A stretch of 61,710 nt of DNA, filler included, from Squatina squatina (Eukaryota): the NCBI GenBank assembly GCA_031763465.1. It is 4 parts of 4 records of this genome, joined end to end, with 100 filler letters (N's around TTAATTAATTAA, not from the genome) between each part and the next. Parts side by side here need not be neighbours in the genome. Positions count along the whole stretch, not along the records: positions 18,775 to 33,309 come from JARFOE010000001.1; positions 33,410 to 49,035 come from JARFOE010000057.1; 2 more parts are not named here. One strand, given 5' to 3'. Of this stretch, positions 23,601 through 37,001 are shown piece by piece (the first letter of the stretch is position 1; each line of letters begins with the position of its first letter). The position numbers and the translations under genes are program-made. A model generated the notes under the pieces. That model was not told where the DNA came from and did no database searches. It saw only the letters and a list, made by a program, of their open reading frames with translations.

Positions 23601-26600
23601 ACTCCCACTGCCTAGCAGAGGTGGAGGAAGGCGAAGGGTGTGGAGCACAGCATAATGTGGTTTAGTGATGCAGCACAGCTTTACAAAAAAAGGAGAGAAA
23701 AAAAAGATAGAGCGAGGGGGTGGGAAACTGGAAGAGGGAAAANNNNNAAAGTGACACAGTGTCAAAAAAAAATAACCAAGCAAGAGGTGGTCTATTGTAG
23801 AGGGAGCTTTTTTCCACAGTACCAGATCACTTCTGCAGTAAAAACAGCCAAATCAATCTTTCAGTCAGGAACTCCTCAAACAAGAAATACCCCCGTGCAG
23901 AATCTACTCGAGAGCTGCTGCAGGATCTCGAAACGGTTGCTGAGAAAGTGGCACCTCTGAGCAGCACTTGGAAGAAGTGCACTGCTGCATTAGGTGCCTG
24001 TGGAGACTCAGTAAAAACAGGGGTACTATGTGACGGCTGCTCCTGCTGTCATATGTGCATGCTGCATCAGGACAAGCCCCTCCCAGGCATCCTGTCAGCA
24101 TCCAACCACGTTAGTCCGCATTTCTGGAGATGAAATATGGCACTGCAGGTGATTAAAAGAAAGAACAGCCATCGCATTATAATTTGGTGGAATTCTTCAG
24201 AGCAAAAACCACTTCTGTGCCAGTGGATGAAAAAAAGAGTCACAAGCATGTTAGTTCCTACAGGAAAATCGTTAATGAATCAATTTATTTTAGAGAGGGA
24301 AAAAAAGAGGGACAGCACATTCGGTACCACACTCTGCTTCAGTTATTAGCCCGAGTGTGTGAAACATGTTGAAGGCATTGAAACCAGCGGCGTTGCTATG
24401 AAGCAGCACTGAGGTTCAGTAGCATCTGCCTGAAACAGTTTATTTGTCTTCCACTTTGTCCTCACTTTCCCCTCAACCAGGGACCAAATTGACAAATAAA
24501 AATCTAACCTACTTAATGCCAAATGTTCGTATGTTAGTGCCAGTTAATGCCATTCTCCATGAATTGGCAAAAAAATATTTACGTCAAGCAGTGAGGGAAA
24601 AAATCATGTGCTATTGAAACTATTTTCCATTCCAAAGATAGCTAGAATTTATTGCAGTAATCATTAATCTATTTACAGAAAAACTCCTAAAATCAGCATG
24701 ACTGCACAGTTACCGATTTATTCTGAATTTAGTGAAATTAATAGATGAATAATATGGCTTTAAAGCAGATTTGTGGCTTTATAATGGATAATGCAGATAT
24801 AATAGTCAGTCAGTNNNNNNNNNNTAACACTGTCAATAGTACATGTCTAGCATTTTAAAGCAATGTCTGACTTCACATGCCATGAAGCCAAGAAGTAAGT
24901 TTAACACTTCCTTTTATAAAAGGAGTTTATACTACACATTTTTGGTGTATTTATACTACTCAGGCACATAGCAGTTCACAAATGTGGAGAATACTGACCA
25001 TCACAATAGAAAACAGTAGGTCCATGATCATATTGACAATAATGCAAGGGCTGGAGCATGTTAAATAGNNNNNNNNNNNNNNNNNNNNNNNNNNNNNNNN
25101 NNNNNNNNNNNNNNNNNNNNNNNNNNNNNNNNNNNNNNNNNNNNNNNNNNNNNNNNNNNNNNNNNNNNGAGAAAAAAAAATATTTAGCTTGTGTTGACTA
25201 GTTGCTCAGACCAATAACTCTAGCTTCCACCATCCCCTGCCCTTAATTATTCCTATTGTCTTTTCGGGGGAGAGAAGACGACTTATAAGTTATGCATCCA
25301 TCATGTGTACTTTATTAAAATAATTTTTCATAATTAAAATGTCACACAGCTCCAAATCATTATCAATATAACTGACCATTTTATTAGCCATGAGTTTGAT
25401 CTTGAGATTTCAATAAGCTGACTTTAGATACATACAGAATGAAATCAACTCATGGCAAGCCCAAAAGCAAAGATTGGAATTCTTCCCTGACCAAAAGATA
25501 ACATTTCTCTAGATGTTGTCTAATGCAAGAAATATTGGTTATTTAATTATTTAGGTCAGGTTAGGTTCCAGACTTCCTAGTCTGTACAGATTATAATCAC
25601 AATGGATGACATTATTCATTCATTGGTACAGAATAGCCAAGCAACATATAAAACGTATTAAATCTGCAGTGCTCCAGTACACATTACATAAAACCTGAAA
25701 TGCCAGAGTTTCTTCAGATGCAATTTGGTTGAAGGGCTAAAGTCACATTCTGACACTATGATAAATTAGTGCAATTTTGAGAAAAACCACTCATGCCCTC
25801 AGAGAACAGAAGGTCCCAAAAGCTTAGTTCTTAATGATAACAAATGGTGGAATGGAGTTTCGTTGGTGGAGGGGCAGGGGGGCATGGGGTTAACTTGCAC
25901 ACAGTAATCAGTGACTTCATCAGTATATACCTGTGGTCAGAAGTAAAATANNNNNNNNNNNNNNNNNNNNNNNNNNNNNNNNNNNNNNNNNNNNNNNNNN
26001 NNNNNNNNNNNNNNNNNNNNNNNNNNNNNNNNNNNNNNNNNNNNNNNNNNCGGAAAAAAAAAATCAAGCGATACCAGCAGATCTTAACGATATTGTGAAT
26101 TAATATCATAAACCTGGAGCGCTTCAGCAATCATGTCATTTTCAACAAGTGTATTAAATTCGGTCTCTCCATTTCAGCTAGATTAGTAACTCGTCCAAGC
26201 ACTGATGAAATCACTCGCAGAGCTTAAATTAATGTTTTTGTTCTGAAAATAAAACATCAATAAAAGTTTTTTGAAAAAGCATCAATGCTAATACTCTTCA
26301 AAATTAACATTTTTGGTTTCCGATAATTCATTTATGATAAGCACAGAACCTTTTAAAATTATAAAATCAAAGTGACACCATTTTTATTTGCTCTTGCATA
26401 TGTGATGCAAGACCTCTTTGCATATAATTCATTCTATTTAAAATAGGACGTTCCTATTTTCCTCTCCATGAAGACAACTCATGTAAAAATTATTGGGAAT
26501 TTGTCCTTTTGACCTTATGCTGTTACGAGCCAAATTGGTTTAGGAACAGGAGGAGGCCATTCAGCCCCTCAAATCTGTTCTGCCATTCAATTAGATTGCG

Positions 26601-26921
26601 GCTGATCTGTATCTCCACTCCATTTACCCGCCTTGGTTCTGTGATCCTTAATACCCCTGCCTAACAAAAAACCCAATCAATCTCGGTTTATATTCCTTCC
26701 CTATTGGGCTAATTTGATAATTCACTGCATAAAGAGTCAAGACTTCAACTGAGCCAAGCAGACTAAGAAGATTCAGCGATTGATCCTCACGCCAGCTGAA
26801 CTAGGAGTGGGAAGTGTTGGAATTGACCCCACCAACTCCAGACCAGAATCAGCTAGAACTGCTCTTCCTGATCAATACCTAGTGATTCCCAACTACAAAT
26901 GCAAGTATAAACGAAAAAGAA

Positions 26922-27074
26922 AGACTTGAATTTATATAGCGCCTCTCATGACCACTGGATATCTCAAAGCGTTTTACAGCCAATGAAGTATTTTTGGAGT
27001 GTAGTCACTGTTGTAATGTAGGAAATGTGGCAGCCAATTTGTGCACAGCAAGCTCCCACAAACAGCAATGTGAT
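26922..27074 (-). mobile_element. Deu-type SINE 3' end
   Basis: Homologous to 10018-10236. Confidence 0.7.
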
Positions 27075-27473
27075 NNNNNNNNNNNNNNNNNNNNNNNNNN
27101 NNNNNNNNNNNNNNNNNNNNNNNNNNNNNNNNNNNNNNNNNNNNNNNNNNNNNNNNNNNNNNNNNNNNNNNNNNAACGCCAAGCTATTGGTTTCTCCAAA
27201 ATTAGGAGCCAATAATGCTTTTTTGACATTCATGCAGTGCAGAAAAAACAGGATTCTGCCAAAATTATACACACAACAAACTGAAGTGCGATATTCATTG
27301 GTTATGTGACTTAACTGGGATGAAACAATTGAGTGTTAGTATCACAAGGAAAAATAGTCTGTGAACAGTGGGCCCTGACTTGTAATGGGGGGTGGCAGTG
27401 GGAAGAAAAAATATTTTACAGTTGATCAAATCAGATTCAAGGAAATATAATCATCTTTTTCAATGTTGTTTAG

Positions 27474-27651
27474 ATCTGGCTTTTTTTGGAATGGAGTTGC
27501 TGTTTTTCCTGATCCACCAAAAGATGGAATTTACCCCAATATGAGTCTCCCAGTGACCAGTGAGACAATTCGTGCCTATGCAGAAACCATGGTCGCAAAC
27601 ATTAAAGAGAGAGCAGCTTGGTTCAGATCTAGCCATGTTCTGTGGCCGTGG
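27474..27651 (+). CDS. MAN2B2: MAN2B2 (GH38 alpha-mannosidase) exon ([24 protein letters not shown]...[14 protein letters not shown])
   Basis: TTTAG acceptor, TGG|GTAAGA donor; 178 nt. Confidence 0.94.
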
Positions 27652-27662
27652 GTAAGAGCTGC

Positions 27663-27663
<1 letters not shown>

Positions 27664-27705
<42 letters not shown>
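27664..27705. repeat. (CA)n microsatellite, about 21 units
   Basis: Direct reading; 12 nt downstream of the MAN2B2 donor. Confidence 0.97.
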
Positions 27706-27707
<2 letters not shown>

Positions 27708-27999
27708 TTTTTGTTGTTTCAAAATGTTGAATGTTGCTCGTGCATTTGCTGTGCTGCAGTGTGCACTGTGACTCATTCATGGAATTGGATCGGAATGTTG
27801 AGAATATAATTAAATAAGTTGTAACAAGTAAAAAGTTGTATTCATTTCATGTATATAATTCATGTATGAATGCGCCCATCCTTTATTCCAAGTACGATTC
27901 TTCCAGGTTCCATCCCACACAAATGATATTTCCCCTATTTACTTTTTACTTGCCTTTTGATTCCAGCTCCTGACACAGTCATTCTCATGTAAAGGTTAT

Positions 28000-28750
28000 G
28001 CTGGCATTATCAACTTTGAATCACTGAGTTGTTAAATCAGTGCCTGACATTAAGACCTGATGAGTCGTAACTTCCTCTAGCTAAATGTCACAAAAACTGA
28101 AGCAATCCGCCTTGATTCCTGTAATCTCCTTTACATCTCCAGCATTGACTCCCTTCGATCAGCCTGGCTGTCACCTCCAGTTAAAGCCCGGAGGTGTGGA
28201 ATCTTGGTGTGCTGCTTAGCTCAGCTTCTTTCCCCATATGGCATCTTTGACTAAGACCACTTCCATAACCAAAATGTTTCCCATCTTCACCACCAAAACG
28301 TGTATTACCCCAAAGTTAACTTTCTGCAATGCTTTCCGTTCTGGCCTGCCTGATTGCACCCATTACAGGCTATAACTAATCTATAATACCTTGCCCTGTG
28401 TATATGTATACACACACACACACACGTACCTCCATCACTCCTCTTTGCCAAGCTCCACTGGCTTCCTTGTGCCCTAATAAATTGACTTTGAGATAATTGT
28501 TCTCACCTTCAGTTCCTTCCATGTTCTCACCTTCAAATGCTCCCATGGCCCTATCTTAAATTCCTGTAGCTGTATGTCTTCACATGCACTTCCAGCCTTC
28601 TGACACTGGCTTACTTCTTTTCTGTTTCGTCAGCCATTTATGGCCTTACCTCTGAAACTGCCCCTCCCTCAACACCTCTGTTTTGCCACTCCCTTCCCAA
28701 CTTTCAAAAGCTTTCTATTGACCTTTCTCTTTGACCTGTATTTTAGCTCC
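28000..28750 (+). mobile_element. Old degraded L2-type LINE fragment
   Basis: LN..KTE.I, V.NLGV and ITP.L..LHWLP....I.F remnants. Confidence 0.5.
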
Positions 28751-28925
28751 TCACCGCCCGCTTTCTTCCCTTTCTTCCTCATGCGCAGTGTCCACTCGAT
28801 CTGTTCATTGGCCTGCAACGCATTCTCATGTTTCCCCATATATGAGGAGCATTAAAATGGTGTCAATTTGTGTGTTACCTATTTTTCCCCCTTTTATTTT
28901 CACCTCTTTATTTTTTATCCCGCAG

Positions 28926-29124
28926 GGCTGTGACAAGCAGTTCTTCAATGCCTCTGTGCAGTTTGAGAACATGGATCCATTGATGGATTATATCAACCAA
29001 CATGGAGATGAATTTGGAGTTACAGTACAATATGCTACATTAAGTGAATATATGCAAGCTGTTCACAATGCAAACCTGACTTGGGACATTCGAGAGGACC
29101 AAGACTTTCTCCCTTACTCCTCAG
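28926..29124 (+). CDS. MAN2B2: MAN2B2 exon ([24 protein letters not shown]...VQYATL...DFLPYSS)
   Basis: Pyrimidine tract plus CGCAG, G|GTAATG donor; 199 nt; in phase with the previous exon. Confidence 0.95.
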
Positions 29125-29428
29125 GTAATGAAAGGCAAACAAAAAAAAAAATCATCTCTGTGGGAGCACACATTGTTTTAAATTCGGAGAAAACAGGCCA
29201 CTTTTGTGTCCTTTTGTAAAAACCCTTTTGCTATTGTTGAGGGCCCAAAAAAGTATTGAATCTGCTAATGTAGGGTTCTTTGGAGATGGTTTCAGTGGCA
29301 TAAATGGGAGGGCAAAAGGTGCCTTAAGTTGTATGTTGTTTCTCTGCCTCAGTGGGCACTGGCCTCTGAACTTCAAACTTCTCAAAAACAGTTTAAAAAT
29401 TATCTGTGGGTCACATGGAGGTCATTGC

Positions 29429-29592
29429 CAATGTTCCCTTTAAGCTGCACAGCCGCGCAGTGGTCTGGAGCTCCTGTGCAGGCTGCTCGGCGACGTTTCA
29501 ATTGGAATAACTGCGCACGCGCAAAAAAATTTGAATGTGCCGCGCAGCCGCTTAAAGTGGTCATGCACCCAAAAAAAAAATAGGAAACATTG
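29429..29592. mobile_element. 164-bp hAT-type MITE with TIRs and 8-bp target-site duplication
   Basis: TIRs CAATGTTCCCT / AGGAAACATTG; flanks GTCATTGC (29421-29428) and GTCATTTC (29593-29600). Confidence 0.8.
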
Positions 29593-32365
29593 GTCATTTC
29601 CCCCACCCCCACAGCGAGCATGTGGTACCTATATTTACAGGTGGCCGAATTCATTTACAGCGATCTGATGGATCCCTTTGCAATTTTGTGCAGCAGTACA
29701 TTTNNNNNNNNNNNNNNNNNNNNNNNNNNNNNNNNNNNNNNNNNNNNNNNNNNNNNNNNNNNNNNNNNNNNNNNNNNNNNNNNNNNNNNNNNNNNNNNNN
29801 NNNTGACATATCTGTGCTCAAACAGAGCACAGTTATGGAGTCTTCTTTCAAATGAACATATTGATATAAAAGCTACAATCTGTGTCACAGCATAATTAGT
29901 GAATATGCGCAATTTCTTTTGCAGCATCTCTGAGACAAGCGAATGTTCAAGAGACAGTGCTTAACTGTTAATCAGAAGATTGGTTTTAATTGAAATGCAA
30001 GCTGGAACAATGCAAATACAGGCAAATGTACCGAAAGTCCATATCTTAGGATAACCTTATCAAATGATAATAAGAACTGCAAATGTTAGAAATACGAAAA
30101 TGAAAACAGAAAAATCTGGAAATATACAGCAGGTCACTTTTATATTGGTTTTAAGGGAGATGTTAGGACCATTAGCTTTGAACATCTGGCTCATCTGTAG
30201 TTGACAGCAACAAACTTGAAAGACTTGCTCAGGCAAAACCTTGTAAAAGATGAATTTTCCCAGCTGCCGGCCTTAGTAAATCTGACAAACTTACGCTGGG
30301 GTGGCTGCTGGCTGCATAAGACCCATGTGTCAGGTGGCTCTAATACCCCATTAAGACTAAATACAGCTTTTGTCAGAAGCTTGCTGTGAATGTTGCTGTC
30401 CCTTCAGGATAAACAGCATGGCCAATGCATTCAATCTGTTGTCATTAATGAGGTCTGAAATTCTCCACTGCCAGGCTGTTCCGAGCCATCTGTCTGGGAA
30501 TCATAACAGTGTTCATAACTATTTGCTACAAATAAAAAGACTCTTAACAACTTACTGAACTATGTAACGCAATGCTCTCTGTTTCCGTGATTGTGGCTTG
30601 TGGGGTGGTATTTCTTCTTAGAACTTGTACCCATTGTTATTCACTTCCCTCGGAGAGATAAATGGGTTGGGTGGACTNNNNNNNNNNNNNNNNNNNNNNN
30701 NNNNNNNNNNNNNNNNNNNNNNNNNNNNNNNNNNNNNNNNNNNNNNNNNNNNNNNNNNNNNNNNNNNNNNNNNNNNNGCGTTTAACCTGAAGAGGTCTGA
30801 GCTTAATGGGTACCATCTTTTATCAAAAGATATTTGGCAAACCTTTTGCGAAAAACAATTCATTGTAATAGTTGCACAAGACCCGATCAGGACACAAACT
30901 TCTACTTCCCCAAACACAACAAAATTACTAGATTTTATCATGAAGACAGAGCCGTTTTTAAATCTGTACAAGAACCTGGTGATGGAAATAATTTAGCAAA
31001 TATCTGTTAATATATACACAAATAAAATTATTGCTGCCAATTTCACTCTTGCACCCAGCTGACAGAAGTAATCAACATAGGAGTTATCTAACATTCCCTT
31101 CAGATAAAATATAAATATTCCTTTCTATATTATATTTAAATATAAAGTTGATCTTTGTTTGAAAGAGGCCAACTTATTATATGAATTCATAAAACATGGA
31201 ATCACACCAGTTATTAACTCAGAAGTATTGTACATGCATTTCAATTTTCTGAAACTTAAGAAAATCCACTCCCTGAAGTAAAAGCAATCTTCAGAGGGAG
31301 GTACCAAGAAGCCAGTGACCACTTCTACAGGTTGGCTTTCAGTAGCTAATTATATCTCATCTGACTGACAGTAGTTGGCAGCATATACTGTAATTAAAAT
31401 GACATTTCAATTATGCTCGTGTGATGAGAATGCCTTAAATATTTAAATCAGACATTGACAGAATNNNNNNNNNNAACCACATTCCTGAAGAGATACTTTA
31501 TAAAGAAGGTGGTGCAAATGTTTCTTGCATTAGCGAAAAAAAAAAAGTGGGTTATTGTTGGGAATGACAGTCCTCTGGTTTGTTAATGCAAACATTAACC
31601 GGTTTATGGATTAATGCTTCCACTATCATTTCATAGAAATTTTTCCACAGGTTAAAGTAGTGAATAAAGGAATGTGAAATGAACATGATTCTAATATTGT
31701 AAATTTTTGGTTTAAGTGAGCTCCAAATCTTGGCTGTAATGAGNNNNNNNNNNNNNNNNNNNNNNNNNNNNNNNNNNNNNNNNNNNNNNNNNNNNNNNNN
31801 NNNNNNNNNNNNNNNNNNNNNNNNNNNNNNNNNNNNNNNNNNNCTTTATTTTTATCTAATTCATGTTACAACAATAATTTAACTAAACAATGTTCGGTTT
31901 AAATTTAAGTCTTCCAGCAGTACTAGTAATTTTAATGTTGGTAATTATGATCTAGTAAGTTGACTTATTTAAATATGCATTGACACTGAAAGTTTATCCT
32001 TTAGTGCTAAATGGTTTCAACTTCACACTGATGGTAAACTGGTGGTGTATTCTGGAGTCAAGGGCAGATCTAATTCTGTGATGTGAAGGAAGACTCTCTG
32101 GAACGGGCAGTCTTGTACTGATTCAGTTTAACACCACATGGAGTATAAATCCAGTGCAGCATCAAATCTGGTTTGCCAAGTCCTTTGGGCTGGGGCTGTT
32201 GGACCTCCTGGACACTTTGTAAACTACAAGAACAGTCTGATTGTGTTCATAAGTAAACTCAATTTCTTTGACCATCAAACAAAATTGTTGTGCGTTTTGG
32301 ACTATTTATTCAAGTATTTGATCTTGTGCAGTCAAAATTTAATCAAACCGTCACAGAACTCATTC

Positions 32366-33309
32366 CTAAAAACACCTTTTGTTAATGATAGCTGGCCCAT
32401 AGTCTCTGTAATCATTACTCGTCACCCACATATTATTAAATACTGTCAATCTACTTAAAACTGAGGCACCCAGCCAAACAGAATAATTCCTGTTTGGTGG
32501 TGCAATGACTTTAACTGGTAATCCACTGGGAACTTGGAGCTTTATCTCCTTCAGCAGTCTTTGTTCCAGACCTAGGAATAGAGTGGAGCCACCAGATAGT
32601 AATATGTTGCTAAATAGATCTTTCCTCAAGCTTTTATCACATTTTAAAATACTGTTGCAGATCAATTTATGAATTCCAGGTTCCTCCAAACCTACGTTGC
32701 TTGTTGTGAAGAGTAGTTCTGGTGCTTTGTAGCATTCCTTTTGGATTGTGATCAGACTCCCATCAGGGAGTGCATACTCTTGTTGAATGTCGTCCGTATG
32801 ACTTTTGCTCTCCAGCTTAGGATCGAGAGCAACATAGCACAATGTTTCCTTGATGTTCTCAAAGGTCTCCTTATGGATTGTATTTGGGATATTGTGTCCA
32901 CTTTCCAATAGGAGTCTCCTGATATTTTCAGTGATATCATTGCCAGCCAATTTAAGTCTTCTGACAGCATCGGGCAGGTAGTAGCCTTCATAGATGGGTA
33001 CAGCGTCAGTTAATCCAAAGCCACTGTCTAGGACTATTCCCCTGGTGCGTCCTGATGCATAGAGTGCCAAAGTTGCAGGAATAGCCACATACATAGCTGG
33101 CACATTAAAACATTCAAACATGATTTCTGCCATCTTTTCTCTGTTCATGAAAGTAGTCAGTGGAGCAGCAGTCACCAAAACTGGCCTCTCTTTTGATTTG
33201 ATATGTAGTTCAGATGCATAAATGTGCTTCCAGAGCTTCTCCAAAAGCTCCCAAGACGTTACTTCGCCACGTTCAATAGGGTGCTTTAAGGACACGCTGC
33301 CTTTTTTAA
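32366..33309 (-). CDS. Intronless divergent actin-related protein (ARP-T/ACTRT-like), 5'-truncated by the scaffold end
   Basis: Open frame of over 310 codons colinear with actin from about residue 61 to the terminal CF; NREKM, LYASGRT, PIYEG, CYVALD, LPDG, LSGGST, YSVW motifs; TAG at 32368; AATAAA at 32310-32305. Confidence 0.93.
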
Positions 33310-33409
33310 NNNNNNNNNNNNNNNNNNNNNNNNNNNNNNNNNNNNNNNNNNNNTTAATTAATTAANNNNNNNNNNNNNNNNNNNNNNNNNNNNNNNNNNN
33401 NNNNNNNNN
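33310..33409. other. Artificial scaffold linker
   Basis: 44 N + TTAATTAATTAA (33354-33365) + 44 N. Confidence 0.97.
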
Positions 33410-33534
33410 TCTCAGAGTGAAGCTAAAAAGCGAGAGGTCATGTCATTTGAGTGAGATGGAGCTAGGAGACAAAGTGAGAATGAAGCCCAGTCCCAGTGAT
33501 TTCATTAGCACTGAAAATCCTTAGATGAAGCATG

Positions 33535-33825
33535 TCAACGCCCAAAAAAGGGGGCGTTGTCACCGCTAGTTTTAAGGCTCAGCAGCCTCGTCGAATTCTA
33601 CAGCGGGCGGCCATTTTTGGCGTGGCACCCACTGATGACATCATCGCGTCACTCTAACGCTGAACTTTGCGTTTTGAGCCTTAAGGGGTTAGCGCCCATT
33701 TAATGCCGGCGTTAAGGGTGGACGAATTTTGCAGCGCTAAATTTAACGCCGAAAATCGGTGTTAAGCCCTTAACACCCATTTAGCGCCAGTTTAACGCCG
33801 GAAAAAAAGGACGAATTAGGCGCCC
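33535..33825. mobile_element. CpG-rich MITE-like fragment
   Basis: Repeated TTAACGCC/GGCGTTAA/TTAGCGCC motifs, TGATGACATCAT core, ends GAATTAGGCGCCC. Confidence 0.45.
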
Positions 33826-36800
33826 ATAGAACCATAGAATGATACAGCGCAGAAGGCCCATCGTGCCTATGCCAGGAATCTTCCACGATTTCAATGGAGG
33901 AGAGAGAGCCAAAGTAAAGCAGAGACAGAAAAACTTTTGTATAAATTGAATATTTGAGGAGAGGAATAGCTCAAAGCACCATTGGCAACAATCTATCTCT
34001 GTCGCTGTGTGCAAATAAATTCACAGGAAAGGTGCAATTATTTCTTCATTTAAATATTTATCACGTTCTGAAAAGCAAGGTGCTAAAAATGGCCTGTGCA
34101 ATATGGTGAGAAAACCGCTATTTGCATCATGCTGATGCTAACTCACAGCATGAACATAAAATGAAATCCGTGACATTATAACTGATAGCCTTTTAATGAG
34201 GGCAGAATGTACATTTGTAAAGCCCATTAGCTAGATTTAGTGCAGAATAAATCAGGACTGCATGAGCATTTTCTAATTGTATTAACAGGTCTTTGAAGAA
34301 CAAATCTTGGTCCAGAATAAATTTCCTCTGGCGTATTGAAAGTAGTCTTAAAGATTGTGGTGAACTTAAACAACTTGCTTTAAAGATTTAACAGGAATGA
34401 CAGAGAAAGCATGAATGTACTGAGGGTTTACTAATTGCCTTGGCATGAGGTAAAGCCACATGTTAAATGTCAGGATATATGCAATATTTCAACTTCATGA
34501 TTCACACTGTTTTCCTTTTTTGAATAATTTTCCATTTAGTACCAATATATTTAATGTTAAAAAAAGTCAGCATTGACATTGGAGGCAGCAACAGAGAACC
34601 TTTAAGGGATTACAACACCATCAATGCAAGATCGAGGGAGCAATCTCCCAATAACTCTAGGCACTAAAAGAAAGAAAGGAAGGAAGGAAGAAAGAATCTT
34701 AGAAAGACTGAAAGAGAGGGAAAAAAATGGGTTTATATATAAGTGCTTTTTACTTCCTCAGGACATTCTAAAAATACTTCACACCCTATGTGAAAATTAC
34801 TTTTCAAGCGTGCTTATTGCTGTTATGTAGGCAACTGGGACAACCAATTGGTATACAGAAAAGTCTCACAAATTGCAAATAAGATGAAAGGCCAGTTAAG
34901 CTAAGGGTCAGGAAGGGAGGCGAGGTGAATAGGAAATCATCCAGCTCTCCGCAAGACGAGGCCCAGGAGATTTGAACTGCCAGGCTTCACTTGCATATTG
35001 GTATTGGGATTTCCACCCAAAGCTAACATGAATCACTAAGTGGCCAGTGGGCAGGAGTGGGATTTCGAATGGCAGGAGGGTACGGTCCCCAGCACTGAAG
35101 TAAGTGGTCGGGGTGGGGGTGGGGTTGTCGTGAGGGCATCGTGATCGGGGCAGAGAGGATAGCCCGGGGCAGGGGAAACCCAGGATTTGCAAGTGGTGCC
35201 CAGAGCAGAACTTCTGCTCCTCTTGCTGTACAAGGAAATATTTTTACAAATNNNNNNNNNNNNNNNNNNNNNNNNNNNNNNNNNNNNNNNNNNNNNNNNN
35301 NNNNNNNNNNNNNNNNNNNNNNNNNNNNNNNNNNNNNNNNNNNNNNNNNNNGACAGAAAGAGGTATGTCTACCTGAAAACAGTAGATTGTCTGTGCAAAG
35401 CAACTCATTTTTCAAAGCAGAACCAAATAGGAGGACAGAAAATTGACGATTTTCAGTTTGTTGCAACCTAATTACTTGCAAAATGGAGATGCATTAATAA
35501 ATTGATAAGATGTAGTGATAAATGCTGTCATTAAATCAATGATGTAAGAAATACTAAACCCTGAATTAAATCAATCTTATTCAAATGACAGTTTTATAGT
35601 CTAAAAGTGTGTGCCTGTATTTCAGCTGCATATTAATTTAAGTGTTAGCAGATTCACACTAATACCAATTGTTAGAGTTTGATCGGTTGTATTGATTCGG
35701 TGCTGTTAAAGAACACCAGTGTCAAACATAATTCTGTACATACTGAAAATGTAGGATAGAAGGGGAAAACAGATTCAAAGAAAAGGAAAAACATTAGTGT
35801 AAGAGGAAATAAGGAAGAGCATTCAGTCATGAATCATTTACATGACAAACCAAAGGGTCCAAACTTAATCCGCAAGTGTTTACACCAACCAAAATAGGAC
35901 GTACACGTCTACATTAGTAACTATGGAATGTGGTCTGTATTGTTCATGGGAACAGAAAATAAAAGTCTGCAAATAAACCCTGCCCCAGAATTTGCTTTTG
36001 CGATTTCAGTCACTTTGCTCGGACTTTCTCTCGTGCATTATTGGCGTTTTGGGGTTAGAGAGAATCTCAGTTGTTTTGTTCTTGAGGAGGCTGGACCACA
36101 TTCAGAATGATCAGAAAATGAGCAAGAAAATGATGGTGCATTGACAATGTAGTGATGAATTTGCAATATGCAGATGCTTTCATGAATTTGGGTTGTGCGA
36201 GTACAAGCAAAACTCAAAGATGACTTTCTAGGAGTGATAACGCCATTTTAAACTGGCAACATGAAAAGGCAATTTCAGTATTGCAGCAGCAGTGGATATG
36301 CCATTTTGTTCACCATGTGATTGGTATATTTTAATATGGAATGGCTGGTAATTTAGTTCAAAGCGAATCGAAGAACTTTGCAGTGGTTACCTTNNNNNNN
36401 NNNNNNNNNNNNNNNNNNNNNNNNNNNNNNNNNNNNNNNNNNNNNNNNNNNNNNNNNNNNNNNNNNNNNNNNNNNNNNNNNNNNNNNNNNNNNAAACATA
36501 AATCTTCATTAAGCTTGTTCAGGAAATCAGCAATAATTTATTCTCACAGAGCTGTCAGCAGTGGGGAAATGTATGAGTGGCATTTAAGATCGGTAAGAAT
36601 GGCATAAGCTGCAATCCCACTTCATCATATGAGGCTATATACATCAAATTGGGCACATTTTTAAACCAAGATGAGTTACTGTGGCTGTTAATGTCTGAAA
36701 TCTGTCAGGTCAACCAGCATTCAATTCCACTGTTTTAATTGATAACTACAATACTTTCAAACGGGGCTGAAGTAGTCAGGTCCACTGTAAGGTGCCCAAA

Positions 36801-36869
36801 CACAACTACAACTCTCCAACAAGTGACTGCCCTCCTTCAATGGGTGGAGGTAAATGGAGTTTCTTTGAG

Positions 36870-37001
36870 GTCCAAGGGATACAGGGATAGTGCGGGAAGA
36901 TAGAATTGAGGTAGATGATCAGTCCTGATCTTATTGAATGGCAGCACAGGCCCAAAGGGCCGGAAAGCCTACCTCGGCTCCTATTTCTTGTGTTCTTATG
37001 T
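36870..37001 (+). mobile_element. CR1-type LINE 3' tail
   Basis: GATCTTATTGAATGGC...GGGCCG.A.GCCTAC...TTCTTGTGTTCTTATG. Confidence 0.7.
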
